NCBI RefSeq assembly: GCF_006345805.1
Contig: NC_043016.1
Coordinates: 27,280,001-27,344,000 of the forward strand
Direction of reading: 5' to 3'
Source of the DNA: Octopus sinensis
Taxonomy: Eukaryota
Length of the DNA stretch: 64,000 nt
The translations under genes were made by a program, and so were the position numbers. Shown here piece after piece: positions 12,398-26,109 of this stretch (position 1 is the stretch's first letter; each line of letters begins with the position of its first letter). The notes under the pieces are model-generated. The model was not told the DNA's origin. It worked only from the letters and a program-made list of their open reading frames with translations, and searched no databases.

Positions 12398-14991
12398 CTT
12401 TTTCTATTCCTGAGCGCTATCCTAATACATTTGTTTGTTTGTACTCCACTTCCCTTCGTCTTTTGTTTATTTTCGTAAACTTTCCCTTTATATATATATA
12501 TAAACGGCTAAAATCAGTAGGGTGTGAAGTTAGGGTATTTCCAGAGAAGCGCTCAACCCGAGTACGGGGCTATGAACGCTGTCAGGATCCATGCCAAGGC
12601 CGGAATACTTCTGGTGTAGAAAAAATCCAAGTTTCACGACGATTATACCGTCAAATGGTTTGACAAAGCACACTCGAAGTTATAGAGCAGTAGAGTATTT
12701 AGAGAATGTTAATTATGACCGGTTCATAGGGTTACTCAGGGTTTCGCATCCATAAAGCTTTACACACGTCTCATCGGACCCTAATGACCGGTAGCCTATA
12801 ACCTCTCTTCGAAATGGAGAAAGAAAAGGCCACGTGGCTAGTTTACGGACACACAGACAAAGAAGAAAGGTCAAACGCAAGGGATTGTCTCCCTTAGACT
12901 ACTATCCGGAATCCATCCAGTCATCTTGCGGGTCCCAGGAATTCTGTAAGAATCACCTGAATTGCAAACAAGGTCCGAAGACTTCCGTCTTGGAATCTAA
13001 GTTGTTCCCCAGGTCGAAGAAGTTCTTTAATATCCTCGACATTGTACTTATCGCTGAAATCACAAGCAACTGCACACCATGCTGATAGTATTAGCAACTT
13101 TATTTCCGAATATAGAATGGCAAAACAATCTGCACCAAACTGAAAGAAAAGAATAAATTCAAATAATTCGGGCAGCTAAGGAAATAGCCATACCATGTAA
13201 CAATTTTTTTGAAAAAATAGGTATCTTATTTTTGGTGTGAATTAAAGAAAATGAAATTGTTTGTAACAGCGTGGTCTTGTAATTTCTGCAACAAACAAAC
13301 AGTTGTTTGATGGTCTTAGAACGAATTCTCCAGGTGGTTGTGATACTACACAAGTGGATTTTCTTGGTTTACCAGATTTCGGAAAGGAAATCGCTTACAT
13401 AGTGTTGTGTGGCATGGTGAGTGTGCAAATGCAGGAAATAAAGCAATTCGTGAGTGTCACGTTATATTTCTAATCCTTATTGAGAAGGGTGGTTTCGTGT
13501 CGCAGCAGGAACTCATCTGTGTCAAAATGGGGATGTTTTTTTTCTTTTGGAAAAAAGATACTTCGTCGATAATGTATTACAAACGAAAGTTCAATGCATG
13601 GCCACTAACCAATGATAGACTGGCTAAACTTACTACTGTGTGAATGCTTTGTGGGGCTGTGAGATAAAAGTTCTCCTTGTTTTCCACTCAGAAAAGTCCA
13701 GTGTATTCAAAACATTCATAACAACCGTCTTGTTGTTTTGTGGCGGTTGAACCACAAGGACTGGGAGATGCTTTGCTCGTTTCACGTGACAGCAATCTTC
13801 CTCTGAAATCCTTTTAGGGCATGGATAAGGCCTAAACCTACCGTCCATATTTAATGGACCAATTACCAGAATGGCTTAGTTTTTGTAAAAGTGCATTTCC
13901 TGTTTTTCAACTCAACTCCACTTCTCCACTTTGTGGACTAGTAAGTCGTTTCTAATGTTTAAAACTCTATGCGAAGGCTCCCTTTAGAAAATGCTTGGAG
14001 GCCACTTTTTCCAGTGATTTGACACTGAAGACATTTGGAAAAGTAGTTTAATATTACTAATGCAATGCTAATGGTTATAGCAGCTTGCTTGGAAAGAGGC
14101 TTTAGTGTGTAGTCTGTGCGCTGCTTGAAGGTAATTCTAGCCTGAAGCTATGCCTCTAAGAGAGCTTGAAGGCTTGGTTTTGAGGATAAGAGAAAAAAAT
14201 CTGCACTGCAAGAAACTGTCTGGGCAATTCCATAAGGTTGGAGTAGACACAATTGACATTGAAGAGTTGGTGGCGAAGCACAGGAGTGAACTCGCCAATA
14301 GAAAACAGCATGGTTTGCGAAGAAGTGGAAGCAGTAAAGATTGTACTTTTTTCTGGTGAAGGTCAGCTTTAAACTGGTCAATGGATATTACCCTATTATA
14401 GCTACTGTGGGTCTGAGCATGAATCACTTCAATGACACCATAATGCCCGACCTTTGGAAGGTACAAAAATCGTGGTTAAAACAGTTAATCTTTGATGCCT
14501 TTTTTACGAAAGCGATAACGCAGTCCTAAACCACAACAGATACGAAGGTGTCTCCAGTTTTTACGAATGGATCGTGTATCTCATTGTACAATATTATGTT
14601 ACGTGTTCGATGAATATAAATGAATAAGAGAGGCAATCTTTGAAATAAACATTGAGGTTTTATTCCTTCGTAAAATTTACACAGTAATTCGTACACAATG
14701 AAACATTAACAAGTTCTATCGGGTTGTCATTCTCCAGCATCCTGGTAATTAAACTTAGACCATCATTGGTTATATGACTCCGTTGTGTGTCGATTCTCCT
14801 CTGGAAGGCTGGATCCTGCAAATCACCTCAATGGCAGCGCTCACCCATCTAACTCGTAAAATTTTTGTCAAACCAGTTCATGAAGAAAAAGTCTTCATGA
14901 CACTTACAGAATTTGTCGCTTAAAATAAATCTTACACGCATCGCGATTGGACTTTCAGTCCAATTCCCGTGCGACATTTAACTCAGGGCTA

Positions 14992-15308
14992 AATAATAAA
15001 AATAATAATAAATGAAATTATTGTATACAGTGCTCAGGTGCACCACAACTTGTCAAAAGTGCATATAAAGCATATGCAGTAATGTACAAATGTCTGGAAA
15101 GTGGACAGTGTATGAGTCAGATACATGCTTGCGTGTGTATGGGGAGGAGAAAATCAGGTGTAGTGTTGGCGAATCTCAGGAAGCATGGAAGTTTTGAAGG
15201 ATGCAGTGCTCCGACAACTAATAACTGATGCCGGCAGTTTGTTCCATGCTTTAGCAACTCTTAGCGTGAAAAAATGTTTCCGAAAGTCATGGGAGCTGTG
15301 CTGTTTTG
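14992..15308 (-). mobile_element. 3' end of CR1-group LINE
   Basis: Translates to FRKHFFTLRVAKAWNKLPASVISCRSTASFK*, then 3' UTR and ATT-type tail. Confidence 0.8.
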
Positions 15309-16175
15309 TTTATAACTGGCCAAAAACTAATGTGGTGGATATTTTAGCCAATCGCAACAAATTTGTGTGGTGAGCCGATAATTACATGGTCGTTGCACAT
15401 ATAAACAAAACTTAATGCTCTTTTCATACAACAACACAACATGTTCCCGCTACAAACCAGAAGAAACTGAACAAAAGTAGCTAGGAAGGACGACACTTCT
15501 TTCGCCACCTCTTCTCATTAATAGCCTCCTCCCACCACCTCTTCCATATCCCTCAATACTGAACAAATTACTACTCTAATGTAAGGCTACTTTTATTCAT
15601 ATATATTAAAAAAATTATTTCTGTATTTATTTATTTATTAGGTCGCAGGTTCCCAACCGGTGTAACGCCGCCCTGGGGTGTCGCAAAATATATATACGTA
15701 TGTGGTATTATGATCGGTAATTTAGAGTCAAAAATACATTTTGATACTATTTCAACAATAAATATTATTGCCATCTTATATTTTGTATTGTTGTCTATTT
15801 TATTTTTGTATTGTCATCTGTTTTATGTTTACTATAAACCAACATTGGTAAAATAAAGAAAATTTGGTGCTAGCATATTATGCGGTCCACCATGGTGTCA
15901 AACAGTATAGCCAGAGTTATCTACCTTATCTCTCAGCTATTTCAAAGATTAAAAAACTTCGTATATTTCAGAGATAAAACACTTGGTACATTATAAAGAA
16001 ATTACACCAATGAGAAAAATTGAATCTTATATTATTTTATATGATAAAGAAATTACCCAGATAAATCAAGACAATCCACTTTAACGATATAAATAAATCA
16101 GCTGAGTCTTTCCTCATCATCTTCCAGCAGAAATGATCAAAATGTGACTGGAAAAGTTCAGTACCAACGCCTCTC

Positions 16176-16577
16176 TCTTTACTCTTTTACTCTTTTACTT
16201 GTTTCAGTCATTTGACTGCGGCCATGCTGGAGCACCACCTTTAATCGAGCAACTCGACACCGGGACTTATTCTTTTTGTAAGCCCAGTACTTATTCTATC
16301 GGTCTCTTTTGCCGAACCGCTAAGTAACGGGGACATAAACACACCAGCATCGGTTGTCAAGCAATGCTAGGGGGACAAACACAGACACACAAACACACAC
16401 ACGCATATATATATACGACGGGCTTCTTTCAGTTTCCGTCTACCAAATCCACTCACAAGGCATTGGTCGGCCCGAGGCTATAGTAGAAGACACTTGCCCA
16501 AGGTGCCACGCAGTGGGACTGAACCCGGAACCATGTGGTTGGTAAACAAGCTACTTACCACACAGCCACTCCTGCGC
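16176..16577 (-). mobile_element. full-length tRNA/CORE-type SINE inside Merlin
   Basis: Head gcaggagtggctgtgtggtaag...ggttcagtccc; CORE-like ggcaccttgggcaagtg; (AAAAGAGT)n tail; duplicated cgcctctc at both ends. Confidence 0.9.
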
Positions 16578-16757
16578 CTCTCATTTTTTTTCTTTTTTTT
16601 TTTTTCAGAATCATAGTTTTAGAATCTAACCATGATCGCTCAGTGGCCTGAATGTGTTCTTCGGTCCCTGGATCCACATTATGTCGTTGACGGTTCACTG
16701 TCAGATGGTTAACTTATGGCATTCGAATAATTAACGGGCCATTCATCCGAATGAATT

Positions 16758-16978
16758 ACTCTTTTTACTCTTTTACTTGTTTCAGTCATTTGACTGCGGC
16801 CATGCTGGAGCACCGCCTTTAATCGAGCAACTCGACCCCGGGGACTTATTCTTTCGTAAGCCCAGTACTTATTCTATCGGTCTCTTTTGCCGAACCGCTA
16901 AGTGACGGGACGCAAACACACCAGCATCGGTTGTCAAGCAATGCTAGGGGAACAAACACAGACACACAAACGCACACA

Positions 16979-17070
<92 letters not shown>

Positions 17071-17132
17071 TATATACGACGGGCTTTTTCAGTTTCCGTC
17101 TACCAAATCCACTCACAAGCTTTGGTCGGCCC
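16758..17132 (-). mobile_element. 5'-truncated copy of the same SINE
   Basis: Near-identical to 16176-16473, with expanded internal (TA)n. Confidence 0.9.
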
Positions 17133-19615
17133 ATGAACTTTTTTCACATTCTCTTTCAATAAGTAGGATCAGACTGTTCTCGTCACGCCATTCCACACAA
17201 AAGTATCGATAGTCTGAGCCTTGTTTGCAACCAAAAACCCACGGCCCATCAATTCTACATCATGGTTCCTGTTCTTTCGCTGTTCTGCATTACTGTCTTC
17301 GAAGAGAGGAGCGTTGTTGCCATTCACCATTTTTCCTCAATTGCATTTTCGTCGACCAACAAATCTTGCTTCGTTGATCTGAATGGGGTCATCATTTGTT
17401 CCAACCATAGTTCGTCATGAACCTCGTCGTTCATGATGAACTATGGTTCCACACACCTCACGGCACATATTGTTCCAGACAGTTATTGCATTTTTAGATT
17501 TTCCTGTTAGAGTCACTTCTGTGATCATGGGTATATCCATGACAAAAAAAAAATATTAGTTCTAAAATCTCACTCAGGCTCAGCTTGCAGTTTAATTTGC
17601 TGTTAATGTCCGTATAATGGAAAATTTGGTTTCCTTTACGAACTGAACGTGAAGTTTGACACCTCTTTCGAGGACAACGAAGTACAGCCTGAATTGTTCA
17701 CCTCTATCATGCATTTATTTTTCCTGCATGATAGCACCATATCGATGTCAGGGATCTGCCTCTTGTTGTGTATCCAGCAGATTGTAATCTTATAAAAATG
17801 TGACTTCTGTTTCCTCTGTCAAGATGACACGTGTATAAAAATCTTTCTGCAACATTTCAATGTAAGGTAAACCGCAAGTGGGAAGGTGAGGTGATAACGA
17901 GTAGTTTTTAAGGTAGATAACCCTAGCTATAGTTTTACACCGTGGTAGACTGCATACTATACTGGTACCGAAAATTTTTTATTATCAATTCCAGGGACAT
18001 AGTTTTCTTACACGCATGTTATTATCCAGGCACAAAGTTTTGTTATATTGATGTTGAATAAAAACAAAAACAACTGTCATATTAGATTTTCTAATACGGC
18101 TTCTGTGGATTTCTGAAAGGCTTGGCAAGGCTGCCTCAAGGCAGAAGAGGTCGGGATACTGTGTATTAGGTCCTTATGTATTCGTTCGTTCATTTAGCAT
18201 CCGTTTTCTATGCAGGTATGGGTTTGGACGAATATTTCATAAGGTTATTTTACAGCCTGGTGCTCTTACCGACGTTAATCCCTATCTGTTTTCAAATAAG
18301 GAATATAATTTTATTCAACAGGTCTAGGTCATCCTAAGTCTACCTAACAACGAACGACCCGGACGTCTCTTTCTGAGGAACTACAAAAAAGTTGGCACCG
18401 TTTGTATTTACACTAACTATTTGTTTACAACGAGAGCGCTCGTGTTTTTAGTAATTACGGATCTATTATTGAAAAATGTACACGATGAAAATTGTTAATG
18501 AGAGCATGAGGGTGTCAATAAAAATGACAAAATCAGTGGGAAATCATGTTAATATTCATATGATATTATATTTTCTCTCCAGCGAATTATATTAGTAAAT
18601 GATGAGCAAAACAAAGCGAAAACACATACAGACGCACACACTCACATGCATAGATACATATGTATTAACACGCACGCATTCAAACAGACATACACACTCA
18701 CATGCATAGATACATATATATAAACACGCACGCATTCAAACAGACACACACACACACACACACATGCACACGCTCACGCTCACTCACTCACATACACGTA
18801 CATAGACACACATGCGTATATATTTATCGTAGAAGTATATATTTATGTATATGCTGTTGATGGATGGACAAAAAATGGTTTAATGCATTTGATGTTGAAT
18901 TTGGTTTGGGCTTGGAACGGATTATCTTTAATTGCATCTACTTCAATTATTTATGTAAATAACAATTTGGTTAACCAACAGGTCTCCGAAATTGATTATG
19001 TTCCTAGATAGAGACTACACTATATAAATGCATGTTTGTTTGTATGTATCTATAAATATATACAAACAAACAGATAATGTAAGAGACCGACAGAATAAGC
19101 ACTAAGCTTAGGAAAAAAAGTACTAGAATCAATTTGTTCGACTAAGCCTTTCCAGACGATGACCAGCATGGCCGCAGTTGAATGACTGAAACTACTAATA
19201 TATGTAGTGGATCTTGCAGGCATGGCGTGGATTCGATCTTTGATAGCCAAATTTAAGTTAACAATTCAACAGCACTTTTCTCACGGTAAAACAATAGTTT
19301 TTCTGTGACAGTAGTTACATTTGCCAGATGTCTTCGCTAAGCAAAATAATGTCTTCGCCACTTGACCCTTTTAACCTCTTCTGTTTTACCAATAGCTACT
19401 CTTTTACTTGTTTCAGTTATTTGACTGCGGCCATGCCGGAGCACCGCCTTTGGTCGAGCAAATCGACACCAGGGCTTATTCTTAGTAAGCTTAGTACTAT
19501 TCTATCGGTCTCTTTTGCCGAACCGCTAAATTACAGGAACCTAAACACACCAGCATCGGTTGTCAAGCGATGTTGGGGGGACAAACACAGACACACACAT
19601 GCATATATGCATGCA

Positions 19616-19688
<73 letters not shown>

Positions 19689-20234
19689 ACATCGGTTGTC
19701 AAGCTAGAATGCAGATATCAGAGACCTCCAACGAAATCTATTGTTCTCAACGATATGTCTATCCTTCTGGATAGTTATAAAACAAGAACCCCCAAGCAAA
19801 AGTAGTTAGTGAGAACCCGAGTTAGAGAGAGCAACCATCAGTTAGTGAACGGACCACTAGAATCGTGGCCACAAGCAGGCAGCTGCTAAAGACAAACGGC
19901 CAGAGGGAAAAGGAAAGTTATAATCAGCGACTATGCGAGACAACTTTCCTCGACTCTCTCACTGTCACTAGCTCAGCTCACTTTTTTAGAACTTTACTCC
20001 ATCTCTATCTGTAATTACTATTATACAATAACATGAATACAAACGAAGTATACAAGGAAAATCTGCATCTATCTTTACTTCGCATGCTTTTCCAGGGACA
20101 CAGTTTTCTTAAACAGATGTTATTATGCTGGCACATAGGGGATTTTTTTTACCGTGTAATGGTAAAATAAATATTTTCCTTAAATGCATGTACTGTGACC
20201 TTTAAATAAATAAATAATATATATGTATGTATTT

Positions 20235-20652
20235 ATTCTTTAATTTGTTTCAGTCATATGACTGCCGCAGCAGCGCCTTTAGCCGAGCAAATCGACCCCA
20301 GGATTTATTCTTTGTAAGCCTAGTACTTAGTTTATCAGTCTTTTTTGCCGAAACCGCTAATTTACGGGGACGTAAACTCACCAACATCGGTTGTCAAGCA
20401 ATGATGGGGGACAAACATAGACACACACACACACACGCACATACGCGCGCGCACACACATACATACACACACACATATATATATATATATAATATACGAC
20501 GGGCTTCTTTCAGTTTCCGTCAACCAAATCCACTCACAAGGCTTTGGTCGACCCAAGGCTACAGTAGAAGACACTTGCCCAAGGTGCCATAGCGTGGAAC
20601 TGAACCCGGAGCCATGTGGTTGGTAAGCAAGCTACTTACCACGCAGCCACTC
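20235..20652 (-). mobile_element. tRNA/CORE-type SINE
   Basis: Same family; further copies or fragments at about 7885-8090, 19395-19590, 32755-33087, 35675-35870, 42415-42845, 50178-50567. Confidence 0.85.
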
Positions 20653-20673
20653 ATATATATCTATATATATATA

Positions 20674-20708
<35 letters not shown>

Positions 20709-20932
20709 GCAGAGCTACATTATTATTATTGTTGTTGCTGTTGTGTACACACACGTACGCGCACGTACAGACACAGACAGACACACACACACACACACGC
20801 ACACACACACACACACATACACACGCAAAAAAAATCGTCGTCGCCTCCTCGTCGTTTCCGAGTAATTCTTTATCTTTGTACTTCCTCATTCATGTTGGCG
20901 CCTCTGATAGCTGGCAAGACCGATTTTTGTAC

Positions 20933-20985
<53 letters not shown>

Positions 20986-21329
20986 AGTGTGCGTGTGTGT
21001 GTGTGTGCGTGCGTGTGTGTGTGTGTGTGCGTGCGTGTGTGTGTGTGTGTTTGTGTGTACGTACGTACGTACGTATGCATGTCTTTATTCAGTCTTATTT
21101 CAAGATTTCTAACTTAAATCCAAGGTTCCTTCAGTGGAATTTCAACAACATTAACAGAGTATTTTTGTATGTATGTATACGTGAAGATTTCTATGTTTTA
21201 TTTTATGTATGTATTCTCATGCATATACTTGCATTCCTAGACATGCTCATATATATTTAGATGATAAACTTCTGGAAAATTTTATTGATTTTTACGGTTC
21301 CAGTGATTGTTTGGATCTGTAATCTTCGA

Positions 21330-24150
21330 ATCAGCTTTCTCCGTTTTGAGAAGCCTAATTACTCAAGATTGGTATTCAGGCAGTTATGTTACTGTTGTAA
21401 TCCAACATCGGATTGTTATAACGTCCACTCTGGTATAGCAATATAGTTAGTTAGACAAATAAGATACGACTATCTATGAACGACTACCCCCGACTCCTCG
21501 ACGTCACAGTATTTGTAGCGTCTAGAACATACCACTCGTCACGTGGGAGAGATGTTGCATTATTATCCCCATACCAACTCCCCTTTTAAGTTTTTCTTTT
21601 TTCTTAGGGAGTGTAATTTTATTTCATTTTATTAGCAATAATTTTTACATCATCCCACCTCCTTATTTTGAGTGGGGATTTTTATACAGTTAGAAATTTA
21701 ATATTTTTTCGTTTGGCATCCAATTCCAGTAACTCCGTACATTTTCTTTTTCTTTCGCTTGTGCGTCTGGGTTCTCTTTTTTGTAGTGGCGTTCTTACTT
21801 GAAAAGTATCATATAACCATTCCATTGTTTCTTCCATTCTCTTGGGTTTGTTGTCGACGAATCTTTTTTTTTTTTAAGTTGATTCATGTGTCTCTTGTGT
21901 ACTCCTCCTTTCCTTCCTTTTACCAAGTATGACATTTTTCCTATGCGTTTGGTAATCACGTCATCTTCCCAACTTTCTTTTCCGATCTTATATGCCCTAA
22001 CAAATATATTATCACCAGTTTTGAAATATCTTGCTGTATTATCCATTGCTATTTTTCTTTTCTTAACAAGTAGCAATTTGTCGAAGACTGATTTTATTTT
22101 CCTCACAAACATCAGTTCCGCCGGTGACATACCTACTGGTGTATTTGGATTTGGTGCCACATGGTATACTCTTAAAAATTGTTGTAGAGCTGCCTCATCT
22201 GTGACTTCCTTATTCGAAGCGTTCTGCTTATCCGTTAAATCTGGAATGGTATGGCGCCGTAGTTGCATGTTCTATAGTGAGCGTTTTACAAAACTTTTTA
22301 ACTCAAAAGACAAAAATTGCGTTCCATTGTCAGACACTATCGTTTCTGGGATGCCAAATCTTGCAAATAACTCAAGTAGAAAGTTTGTTGTAATTGAAGA
22401 GGTTGACTTTAAACACTTACAAATTTCTGGTCATTTAGAGAGACTATCTAGTACCACAAAGTAGTATGAACCGTTTAAGGGACCAGTGAAATCGATGTAG
22501 AGTTTCGACCAGGAACATCTACTTTTGGCCAAGGTTCACTTTTTATCGTCGGTAATTTTGCCGCTAAAGCATATCCTCTGCAGCCTTTCAATAAATTTTC
22601 GATTTCTCTACCACTTCTGGTTAGTACACGTAGCTACGCCTTAAAGCTTTTATCCTCGAAATACCAGGATATCCAACATGGAATTCCCTCAACATTTTTT
22701 TTGCAATGTTTCAGGCATACATCAGTACGCCATCACAAATTGATTATAGGTTCACGTCTTGGTTTCGCTTCGTACCAATCCTGTTCCTATTTACTTTTCA
22801 TGTCAACGGTATTCTTTTCATTTCTTTTATGAATTTCTCCTTTACCTCATTTCGTTTTATGTCTTCAAGGATCACAGGTAATTCGCGTACCACATTCTGC
22901 ATTACATGTTTTATTTCTCTTTCTGATCATAATGCAGCGATTACCGTATTTTCGAATGCCTCGCAGTGTTTCAGTATCAGTCTGGACAAACCGTCCGCAT
23001 GCCCTAGTTTTTTGACGGTAAATATTCCATTTTATAATCAATAATGTAACACCCCCATCGCTGTGGTCTATTCGCTGTGTGTGTTAGTATTTTTTATTTT
23101 AGAACCATATATTGAAAGCAGTGGGCGATGATTCGTTTGCAGACAGAACCTTCTTCCATGAATAAATTTATGGAATTTTTTCACACCGAATATGATTGCT
23201 AACGCTTCCTTTACTATTTGGCTTGTAGTTCCTTTCTACTGGAAATAACGGTCGTGACGTATGGGCTATAGCTTTTTATCTCCCATCCTCATATTTGCGT
23301 AGGAGCACTGCTCCTACACCATAATCACTCGCATCTGCAGCCAATATAATATCCAGCTTCGGATCAAAATGCGTTTACGATAAGTTCGATGTTAAAAAGT
23401 TGTTATTTTTTAATTCGTCAAATGTCTTTGCATTTTTCTTTAACAAATCATTGAGCGGTGCCTTTACATTGTGCATATTGGGAATTTAAATTTAGTAATA
23501 ATTTACTAAACCCAAAAATGCTTGTAGCATAGTCACATTATTCTGCGTGGGCATATTTTTTATTGCCGTTTTTATTTATTATCTGGCCCAAGTATTTAAT
23601 TTTTTCAGAAAGAACTCGATTTTTTCTTCACTTAACTTAAACCCGTATTCTCTTATCTTTTTGATTCGCTTTTTATTAGAATATCGTCTAAATTGGCGAT
23701 AGCAAATCACAGTCCGACAGTATCATATCCATTACTTGTTGAAGTATGGAAGAGGCCACTTTTACACCGAAGGGAATCCCCTTAAATTTAAATAAGCAAC
23801 GGTGTGTATTTATGGTTAAGAAGTTTGAGCATTCTTCTTCTACTTGGATTTGTAAATATGTCAGTGAGAGGTCTAATTTTGTAAAGAATTTCCCTCCATT
23901 CAATTTTGCGAACACTTCCTCAGGACTCAGCAATGGGTAGTTATGTCTCACATAATGATTAAGCAATCATTCAACCTCGTTGAAAAATCTGCCCTTCTTT
24001 TTAACATAGACCGTAAGTGCTGCCTAATCTGAGTGGTCCGTCTTCTCGATTATTCCTAGGCTTTCGAGTCATTCAAGTTCTTTATTTATTTGTTGTAGTG
24101 CCGCGAACGGCACATAACGTTTTGGCTTAAATACAGGTGTTGCACGTATA
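21330..24150 (-). mobile_element. Gypsy LTR retrotransposon remnant (RT-RNaseH-integrase, PPT, probable 3' LTR)
   Basis: FFTKLDLS..YLQI, PFGVKVASSILQQVMD, IVSDNGTQF and SPAELMF motifs; PPT aaaagggggag at about 21578-21588; LTR edge approximate. Confidence 0.9.
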
Positions 24151-24152
24151 AC

Positions 24153-24227
<75 letters not shown>

Positions 24228-24230
<3 letters not shown>

Positions 24231-24600
24231 CGAAAGCTGGAACAATTCTATCTGCAAAAACTGCAAGCAATTGTGGAATATCAAATGGGATGATTATGCC
24301 GACAATCTTGCAATCTTTTAACGGGCCAATGCCAGTAGCATTGAGGCTATCATCATCAAAAATCAAACATCTGATGGGTAGGTTATGTCCACCACATGAA
24401 GACTACTGGACTGACACGTCAAATACCCTATATTGAACTCAGTACCTGGAAGCGATCACTCAGGCATCCCATGAAACGCCAAAAAGACCAACTGAAAAAG
24501 GCGATAAAGAGTACCAACATGGAAGCGCGTAACACTAAAGCCCGGGAGCAACATGCACAAGATAGAACAGCGTAGGACCGCACCAGCATAGCGTCACACG
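24228..24600 (+). mobile_element. RTE LINE RT C-terminal fragment
   Basis: KLEQFY..., IKWDD, RANASSIEAIIIK, EQHAQDRTA; heavily broken. Confidence 0.6.
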
Positions 24601-25630
24601 TAAAACATACACGAACTCATAGAATTTTGATGCCATAACATGTGATAAACATTTAGCAAGCAGGTACACATATATGTAAATATGAACGAATTTTAAAATT
24701 GTAAAATTTTATGCAGGTTAGACATTATTGCAGGTACGTGTATACATCTATAGCAATTTGAATGAATTTCAATTTCTAATAAACTGTCCAATCCAAGGGA
24801 GATAATCTAAGAGTTATTCCCCCTAATGTCTTTTTTTCTTTCTTTTCGTTTACTAAAGTTTTCGTTGACTTTACGTGAGTTTTCGTGTTTTTAACCCAAA
24901 ATGGAGACGAACAATGATATTCCAATTTGATAAATTTGATATTTAAACTCTTTAATTTGTTTCACTTTTAAAGCTGCGGTTTCTGAATTTCTGAAAGACT
25001 CTCAAGATGCCTACATGCATATAAATATACTTTCGCGCAAAGTAGTGGGAATGAATTTGAGTGGCTGTTAACATAATTTACTTTAAGGTATGAATTAAGT
25101 TTGGTTTTAACTTCCCAAGTAGTTATTTAACTCACTATGTGAACTTATGTGCACCAAGCCATATATGTGCGTATGTTTACATCTTCGTGGATGCTTGTAT
25201 GAGCGAGTGTATATGCTACATGCAGGGCTTATACATCTATATCCGTCAACGGTTATTTGTAATACATTTCTCACTGTATTACTTGTTCGTTTATTTTTAG
25301 CATATGTTATTTTATTTTTTCATCTTCTATATAAATGATCCTTTAATTTGTTTTTCTTTACATAAAATGAGAAGATACATTACGGAACTGTTATTTTAAC
25401 ATCTATTTATCACCCGAAGAGATACATTAGCACCGTCGGAAACTCCTGAACCAGATGTTAATAACCACCACCACCCCCACACCCGCGCCCCGCGCGAGGA
25501 TCGAGTTTTAATGTGTCGAAATAATTGTCGTCATTAATACAAATTCTCGTACCTTTCATCTTCTGTCTTCCAGTTGCCATACGTACATACATACATACAT
25601 TCATACAAACATACATACATGCACACATAC

Positions 25631-25691
<61 letters not shown>

Positions 25692-25830
25692 ATATATATA
25701 TACATACACCCAAGAAAAAAGCAACAAAATGGATTAGTTGTTCAGTACAATTGTTTCATACGAAGAACAGATTTATTAAAGCTGCAAATGTTGCAGCAAA
25801 TACAGTGTCCCGTATTTGTGTGTGTGTGTA

Positions 25831-25995
25831 CACTGTCATCCCCCCTCCCCCCACTTATTCGCAGTTCGGCATTCGCGGTCCCAGTTATTCGCGGAACGAA
25901 TAATTGTTCGCAGTAACCACTGCATATTCGCAGAATCGTAAATAGCGTCCACAATTTTTTATGACTTCTTTCGTGGAAACTTCTCTCTCTCTCGC

Positions 25996-26031
<36 letters not shown>

Positions 26032-26057
26032 TATGTTTGATTTTTGCTTTATTATTA

Positions 26058-26109
<52 letters not shown>

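Larger units (their letters stand above)
15866..17969 (-). mobile_element. Merlin (IS1595/ISXO2-like DDE) DNA transposon with two SINE insertions
   Basis: About 60-bp imperfect TIRs starting GG; perfect 8-bp TSD gaaaattt (15858-15865, 17970-17977); motifs IQINEARFVGRRK, IDGPWVFG, IHSDEWP, VDPGTEEHIQATERSW, FQSHFDHFCWK. Confidence 0.9.

Noticed and set aside
14690-14750. NKFYRVVILQH resembling a PARP WGR motif
   Set aside because: Short match flanked by stop codons; not enough to call
19695-20060. Possible solo LTR
   Set aside because: No TSD, PBS/PPT or second copy found
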